DNA of 62,784 bases, filler included, from Nemertoderma westbladi (Eukaryota > Animalia > Xenacoelomorpha), in the NCBI GenBank assembly GCA_032718475.1. It is 4 parts of 4 records of this genome, joined end to end, with 100 filler letters (N's around TTAATTAATTAA, not from the genome) between each part and the next. Parts side by side here need not be neighbours in the genome. Positions count along the whole stretch, not along the records: positions 47,171 to 62,784 come from JAUCBJ010001831.1; 3 more parts are not named here. One strand, given 5' to 3'. A program made the translations under genes and the position numbers. The first letter of the stretch is position 1, and every line of letters begins with the position of its first letter. The notes beneath the pieces are model-generated. The model was not told the DNA's origin and did not search any database. It worked only from the letters and a program-made list of their open reading frames with translations. Below, one piece after another: positions 57,001-62,784 of this stretch.

Positions 57001-58957
57001 CTGTTGTTGTCATACCAATAATTGTACCTGTTATATCGCCACTAACTGTTGCATTTGTGGTGTCACTAACAACTGCTGTTGTGGTGCCACTAACAACTGC
57101 AGTTGTGGTGCCACTAACAACTGCAGTTGTGGTGCCACTAACAGCTGCTGTTGTGGTGCCACTAACAGCTGCTGTTGTGGTGCCACTAACAGCTGCTGTT
57201 GTGGTGCCACTAACAGCTGCTGTTGTGGTGCCACTAACAGCTGTTGTTGTGGTGCCATTAACTGTGCCTGATGTGGTACCACTGGATCCTGGTGATGTGG
57301 GATCCCTAGCTGACATAGAAACGGCTGTCAAAGGGGAACCACTGGCTAAGATTGAACCGTCACCAGAGGACAAACCACTTGTAACAAGAGACAGTGGTAC
57401 CTGTCTAGGATTGGAGACTACACCCACCACAACATTGGCGGACGAATGTACAACCTTCAGACGTTTATTCCGAGATATAATTCGCCTTGAATGTCTTAAT
57501 GGAGATCCGGATTGCGATTTGGTTGTTGCGACAACTCCTTCGCTACAACATTCCTGGTCACTGCGACCAACATCGTCAATAGAACAAGCGATACCAGTAG
57601 CAGTACCGGTCACTGAAACATCAGTGGAAACGGTGTCCCCTCCAGATGCTAGAGTCGATAGCCATACGGAGGGGAAGTTAGTCCCCAATGAGGCTGACGG
57701 TTGTTCCGAAGGGTAAATCATATCACCCATAGATTGTGGCGGCTGAATGTCAGAGGGATTACTTATTGAAACAATAACGGGGGGATTCTCGAGGGATTCA
57801 CCCGCGGAAGGCGAAGACAACAGCTGAGAGGTGGGATCCCAGACGGTTTCATTCATACTTTGAATATTATATGTAGTAAATGACTCTTGTAAGAAAGCAC
57901 ACGAGATTGGGAATTTGTCACCGATGTCCGCCAGGTTAATCTGAAGGTTATCATCGGGTATGAGGTCGTCTATATTAATATTGGCAATGCCTTTGATTTC
58001 CTCTTCTTCACCACCATTACTAAAGAGCTCACCCGACTTCCTCTTACGAGCTTCGATCCTCGGGGACCTTCTGGGGGGTACCGGGTCCCGTATATTGGGC
58101 AACACGGGAGAGCAGCTGTCGTCAACGTCTCCTTCCCAGGTAAATACATTAGTGTTATCGGGATTGGGGGAGAAGGTAACACCCTGAACGATGTTAGTTA
58201 CTCTGGAATCGTCGGGAGGGCAGGCAGGGAGGCCTCCACCCTCGGCGTGGACAGCAGGTTCAGCCGCGCCCACCAACTGATGTACCGGGGAGTCGGGAGG
58301 AAGAGGAAGTGATACATCAAAGGATATGTTGTCATTATCGTTAAGCATGTAGGCAAGTTTTAATGGATGGAGATCATCATACATCTTTCCAGATTGCGAT
58401 GACTTGGACTTACTGGCTCCGACGCAGTTCTCGGAATCTTCGATATCAAAGGTTAAATCGTCATCAAAAAGGTTGTTAGATCGCAAACAAAACTCGTTTT
58501 CAAAATTTGCATTCATTTCGGATGGCTGAAGGTGAAGATATGTCATATCCATATTGGATGGTTGTGTTACGGAAATATTTCCTCGAGAACCAGTACCGGT
58601 AGTCATATTCATACAGGAACTGTCGTATTCGGTTACCCTCGACGCATCAAAAGCAGCATCGCTTGAAGCGCAGAGATCAGAATCGACGTGAAGCGAAACA
58701 GGATCAATCGACGTGGCATTGAGTTGTAGAGACTTTCTAGCGGAAGAGCGCGTTACTCTGGCGACCTCCTGGTCCCGATCGAAGAATTTGATCTCGTCGG
58801 TTCTCGCGAAACTCACGCGCCTGCTCCGACGGGTTGTAGTTTCGGTCTCTGTGAGTTCAGTCGTTATGTCCAACATCGGTGGTCTTATTCGCATTGAGGA
58901 CCTCCGTCTACTCGACGTCCTGGGATAATTACCCGTATCAGATACAAAATGCGACAT
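54098..58957 (-). CDS. KNL1: Large disordered protein, probable KNL1/Spc105 kinetochore scaffold (1619 aa, one ORF)
   Basis: N-terminal RRRSSMR then RRVSFARTDEIKFF (KNL1 SILK/RVSF PP1-docking pair), MELT-like MNMT and MDMT, long S/T/P-rich disorder, then a coiled-coil-like stretch and about 200 aa of globular C-terminus (RWD position). The CDS itself is high confidence; the orthology is moderate. Confidence 0.65.
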   Translation of the reverse strand: MSHFVSDTGNYPRTSSRRRSSMRIRPPMLDITTELTETETTTRRSRRVSFARTDEIKFFDRDQEVARVTRSSARKSLQLNATSIDPVSLHVDSDLCASSDAAFDASRVTEYDSSCMNMTTGTGSRGNISVTQPSNMDMTYLHLQPSEMNANFENEFCLRSNNLFDDDLTFDIEDSENCVGASKSKSSQSGKMYDDLHPLKLAYMLNDNDNISFDVSLPLPPDSPVHQLVGAAEPAVHAEGGGLPACPPDDSRVTNIVQGVTFSPNPDNTNVFTWEGDVDDSCSPVLPNIRDPVPPRRSPRIEARKRKSGELFSNGGEEEEIKGIANINIDDLIPDDNLQINLADIGDKFPISCAFLQESFTTYNIQSMNETVWDPTSQLLSSPSAGESLENPPVIVSISNPSDIQPPQSMGDMIYPSEQPSASLGTNFPSVWLSTLASGGDTVSTDVSVTGTATGIACSIDDVGRSDQECCSEGVVATTKSQSGSPLRHSRRIISRNKRLKVVHSSANVVVGVVSNPRQVPLSLVTSGLSSGDGSILASGSPLTAVSMSARDPTSPGSSGTTSGTVNGTTTTAVSGTTTAAVSGTTTAAVSGTTTAAVSGTTTAAVSGTTTAVVSGTTTAVVSGTTTAVVSDTTNATVSGDITGTIIGMTTTAASGTTSGTDSGSTSPTASVITSPAATGCSTSVTGSGTAPTVVSCSTSTSMGGLPIPPIFPPLSPPDTSRLSAPPKTPPPSRVAIVVDTSTPAQRVLVSSATSKLNQRHKLLFSNNSSSPLLRSGKKNSSYNFRAKAKSSMKSLSTMIKYVDIDADGELIENNNQTVDESQSVDTDALKPVSGGCSLPKQVASSEKVLQAAMVDDHQNREEGVSDDQPIVSTDLHITADQPMVSTDLHLTEDQPVVSSDQHISKDHPIVSTDLQTDEYQPTFSTDLHMADGQSTVSTDQQITEDQPMVSTNPQITEDHPIVSTNPQTTGDQPMVSTDLHMIEGQPMVSTDEQITEDQPMVSTNPQITEDHPIVSTNSQTTGHQPMVSTDLQGCSVRKIIISAIVDGRIGSDGKSAVTSTKGLNPATVNTRRIKRTFSTSKIARYRRPPIGSPINAQSLKRILANSEKAANRWQKPDGATDETNLPIRKLQFRNAMPSNMEPSFDSDMSGIVAIDNEDFPSCWASAISSLSDSTADGHNPDDIDEVPQVLMKAVYKVNLEVRQPVAPITLAELNRSSSNLPPIPVLDEESMALPKGPEGLPTGPGELPMGPDELPMGPHELPMAPHELPTGPEGLPTCPGELPMGPSGLPTGHDVLPTGPDGFLTGPGGLPTGTDELPTVFAEYIRGHHLECDALQMRFDATASAAEAIAGREVSALLWERDARIARGEFRPGERERRDRVAQQREAIREAKNRLVETSYWMKLKILECKEGRPWDYQGLPVPERMALEFFQSRLIVYIYFERPLCCNGNPADIRHSMYQNPILSISSETVPNSSQYRSGSYLDTVVLAMDLFEDKIPEVSTEYRGSSDVVGLIERLETLSRTAVGWFERCVFFPEGEFITQVTLGPPHKLTLRSEYGSVFFTISKGCFTGVQCLINDRVQSAIAGIEPWSPTYTVDCMKKLEEIVREEEGDSDCDTL

Positions 58958-59849
58958 TATCAGAATATTACTGTCTTCAGTTCAGTTATTAATTAAGGTA
59001 TATCAATTCAGTTCATCCAGTCATCCATCTACTCTCTATACAGCTATACACTATACCGGACCGGTATACCTGTATACATACAGACATATACAGACAGACA
59101 GACAGATAGGCCTATATTTACATTGTACATCCAGCCAGCTGTTGAATTGAATTGAATTTGAGTATAATGACATCGACAAATATAAAAGTAACGAAACATA
59201 ACAAACAAGATTACCATTTTCATAGATACCGGTAGGATAGTTAGTAGGGTAATCAAGTAATTATTGGTTTATACAGTATGTTAAAATTATGCACTCAGCC
59301 ATGCAATAAAGCTCCACAGAGTAAAATAAGTATAACTTATGTAGTAATAAACAAAATAAAATGAAATGCAGAACAGAATAAAAACTTGTACATATTTACG
59401 TAATGCACATTAATTTATAGATATTAATTCATTGAAACATTGGAGTACAGTATATGGCATACCGGTAATAAGTAAATAAAATTAAAAAAAAATTAAATTA
59501 GCAAATTCAATCAGAACATTTATTAAACATTTATTTAAATAAAAAAAAAATATGCAATAAAAATACGCTATAATTTTTATCAAAATATGTAATAAATTGT
59601 AGAGTAAAATTCAGTACGGTACATAAATCAGACAATTAATAGTTCACTATACATTATTCATATTTAGTACTGTAGATCGAAACATTAATTAAAATATGGA
59701 TCAAAGTCTGAAAGTGTATTATATTATTACAGTAAAAATAGATCATTCATCACAATAAAAAAATTTGTAAAATTTATGTAAACTTTATTTGTAAAAGAAA
59801 TAGATAGACCTATTATAGAAAAAAAATTAACTAAAATACGTGGACGGTA

Positions 59850-60290
59850 TTCACTGTTAATTTCCAGGACCCCTGGCAATGAGAGGACAGGCTGACAGGT
59901 CGATTAGGTTGAGTTTAGTTTGAAATGCAGATGGAGGAATTAACGCCAACCACATTAGAGGGAAGACAGTTCCAAACTGCAATGCGACGAACTGAGAAGT
60001 GATTTTGATGTATACAATTGCGGGAATGTGGAATGTTTACTTTATATCCGTTTGATCGAGTTCGAGAAGGAAGACGATGAAATATCGGTAGATTACTTAA
60101 AGGACTGAAACCACGAATTATTTTATACTTCCATCAGATCAATGAAAATACGACGTTCCTCTAAGGATCGGGTGTTGAGCTTGAGACGGTTTAAGCGATC
60201 TGCATAGCTTAAACCTTGTAGACCAGGCAGGTATCTTGTAAAGTCTCGTTGGACCTGTTCTATAATATTTATATCCCTATCTAAGTTCAA
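59850..60290 (-). mobile_element. CR1-clade LINE 3' fragment
   Basis: Manual translation DINIIEQVQRDFTRYLPGLQGLSYADRLNRLKL..SLEERRIFIDLMEVYK. Confidence 0.85.
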
Positions 60291-61299
60291 CGCCCTACCT
60301 CGCTCCTACTGTAGGCCTAGGCCTATACAGTCCAGCAGTCCTACTGTCCTAGGCTACCGGTAGTGTCCTAGCCCTAAGTCTGTAGACTGTAGGTGTATGG
60401 AATGGCAGGTACAGCCAATTTCGTGAATTTCTGAAATTATAATAACATCCCGGCTGACCAGTCTGCCAGTATGCACTACTGCACTAGGCCAGTACAGCAG
60501 TAGGCTGCTAGGCAGTAGGCCTATCGGTACCGTAGGCCGGTTATCATTATCCGTCATCCGATATCAGTAGCCTAGGCCTGTAGGCCTAAGTCACAATTGT
60601 ATAGTCCAGTAGTCCACACCAGCCAGCACACTGCTCTAGCCTAGCCTATGTCTGTCAGTTCAGCAGTTTGTATGTTCATTTTCCTTTCATTTGTTTTAAT
60701 CATCTAAAATGATATTAAAATCTGAAAATACACAGACACATTCAGACATTAAGTAAGAGTACGCATACAGGCATAAGTGTAAGTCTGTAACTGTAAGGTA
60801 AGTAGGCCTACCGGTACAGCGGTAGGCATCATTAAAAGTAAACAACGTCTCAGACAGTCCTGAAGTCTATCCTTCAGTATATGGCTGTATGGGCTCGGTA
60901 CTTTAAGACTATGACCTAAATTTTGAATCTCAGTTATACGAGTTTATATATACTACCCACTGCATAATACTGTAATATGTATGTATTGCATTATATTGTA
61001 TTATACGAGTAGCCTACTTATCTGCTTATCTACTGTACTGCAGTACTGCTGTATGCCAGTCAAAATCTACACTACATGAATCATAAAGTTCTATCAATCA
61101 TTTCATACTTCAGTACTTCTGTACTTGACTGCAGAACCAAGGCCGCTATTGGCTGATTGGCTATTGACACTGTAGCGGCGCATATTTCGGTGCCGTTTCA
61201 TTTGCTTACAATTAATTATATTCAGATATTTGTATACAAGTCTGCAAGTGCAAGTGTAGTGTTTACAGCACTACGGTGGCTGATTTAGTTAGGCCACAT

Positions 61300-62010
61300 T
61301 TAATTTATTTTTTTGTAAGGGGAATTAACAGATTAAGAAAAAATAAACTAAATTACGTTGTTCAAGGGATTGAGAAAAAATAAACTAAATTCTGAAATTA
61401 CGTTGTTTAGGGGATTAAGAAAACAGAAACAAATTAGGCCTAAACTAAATTAAGTAAATTCGTCTATGGTTGAAAAAATAAATAGGCCTAAACTAAATTA
61501 TAAGTAAATATATATATTGATCAGCTGATTGGTCAGTTGGTTGAATAAACTAAATTAAGTAAATTCTGATGGGTGTAAACGCTACGCCGACTACCGAGTA
61601 TCGACAACCAACGCCCACGCCGACAAACATTATTAATGCAAATTAAAGTTATTTATTAATTGAGGGAAAGGAACAGGTTACAGTGGAAGGTTATTCTAAG
61701 CTAACCAAAACAATAAACGAGAGTCACAAACTCAGGTTACAAAGTTACAGGTTATTTGATGTTGTCGGCAGTGGTTGTTGGCTATCAGTTGTCGGCTTAG
61801 CGTTTACACCCAATTCTGATTGGTGTTGAAAAAATAAATAAACTAAATTAAGCAAATTCTGATTGGTCAGTTATATATTTGGTTGAAAAGAAATAAATAG
61901 AATAGAAATAAATAGAAAAGAAATAAATACTGAAATAGGGCAGTAGGGCCTAAACTAAATTATCGTAAAGCAGATTTCGGATTGGTAGAAAAAGTGATTA
62001 AACTAAATTA
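61300..62010. repeat. Degenerate AT-rich tandem repeat (aaataaactaaatta...tctgattgg)
   Basis: taaactaaatt recurs many times; interrupted by a MITE. Confidence 0.7.
61571..61811. mobile_element. MULE-like MITE with 9-bp TSD
   Basis: TIR gggtgtaaacgcta(c/a)gccgac; TSD aattctgat at 61562-61570 and 61812-61820. Confidence 0.9.
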
Positions 62011-62784
62011 GTGTAAGAACAGTAGTTATTCGTCAGTATAGCATACCGGTACCATTATTACAGTTTACAGGTTTAACAGTAGGAGTAGGCCTACAGACAG
62101 ACAGGCTGACAGGAGTAGCCTACCTTGTAAACCATGTTGGTGTCTATATAGTACAGACTGACAGACACATACCGCAGACTGAAGTACCACAAAACGGCCT
62201 ACACTGTCGTCCAGACTGTGTAAAAGCTTTTGCGTAATTAGCCGGTTATTTTCCCTTAAAGTACTCTGTAGTTGGTTTGCCAGGCATAAAAGGGCCGTGT
62301 CCTTGCTGTACTGGTGTTTTAGAGGACATAAAAGTCATTTCTTATGTATTTGTACTGTATTTGTACTTTAGAGGACATAATCCACAATCTCGTGACGCAA
62401 TAGCTGGATACTTTTGAAAACAGTGTCGCTACCATGACGACGGCTAGCAGCTGATATTGCCACGTCGACGTTTCTTTGTTTCTTTGTTCTCTCGTTGTTC
62501 AGGTTGACCAATCAGAGCGTTTGTTGTCTCTGTGTTGGAGGTATATACAGAAACTCAGTAGTTCAGTGTTATGTTTTTGCCCAGAGCCTAAGAACCGGCT
62601 TTTGGCACCTCCGTGTTTTCAGTTTTTAGTTTTACACTAGTAGGTTTAATTATAAGGACATATATCCTTTAACGCACCTAACGACTACTGCTAACTGATC
62701 ATACATACTGACTGCTGAAACATTGCAAACTCATAACAATCAGTGTTTTCATTGTTGTTTTATACTGCTATTTACTGTCAGTTC

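Noticed and set aside
56691-57716. 341-aa antisense ORF and other ORFs overlapping the real genes
   Set aside because: Shadow frames of repetitive or codon-biased coding sequence with no recognisable motifs.

Overview
Repeat-rich genomic DNA from an animal, probably an invertebrate (spliceosomal GT-AG introns, LINEs, BEL/Pao LTR elements, many MITEs). It is joined from four pieces by 100-nt N gaps that carry an artificial TTAATTAATTAA linker, so linkage across the gaps is unproven. Five host genes are supported: (1) an intronless nAChR/5-HT3-like pentameric ligand-gated channel subunit whose Cys-loop has lost both cysteines; (2) a complete 3-exon Patched-related (PTCHD3-like) RND/SSD gene; (3) the large last exon of PIGN; (4) the 3' part of a beta-hexosaminidase (HEXB-like); (5) a 1619-aa single-ORF protein with KNL1/Spc105 kinetochore-scaffold hallmarks. 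The rest is transposon debris, including several elements with clean target-site duplications (TSDs) and a triple-nested MITE. I see no evidence of a novel multi-gene system. The best leads are the Cys-less channel with an atypical pore, the KNL1-like protein with few MELT motifs but new repeat arrays, and a collapsed BEL/Pao element carrying an array of stem-conserved, loop-variable hairpins in C-depleted linkers. All calls are from motif recognition by eye; no searches were run.
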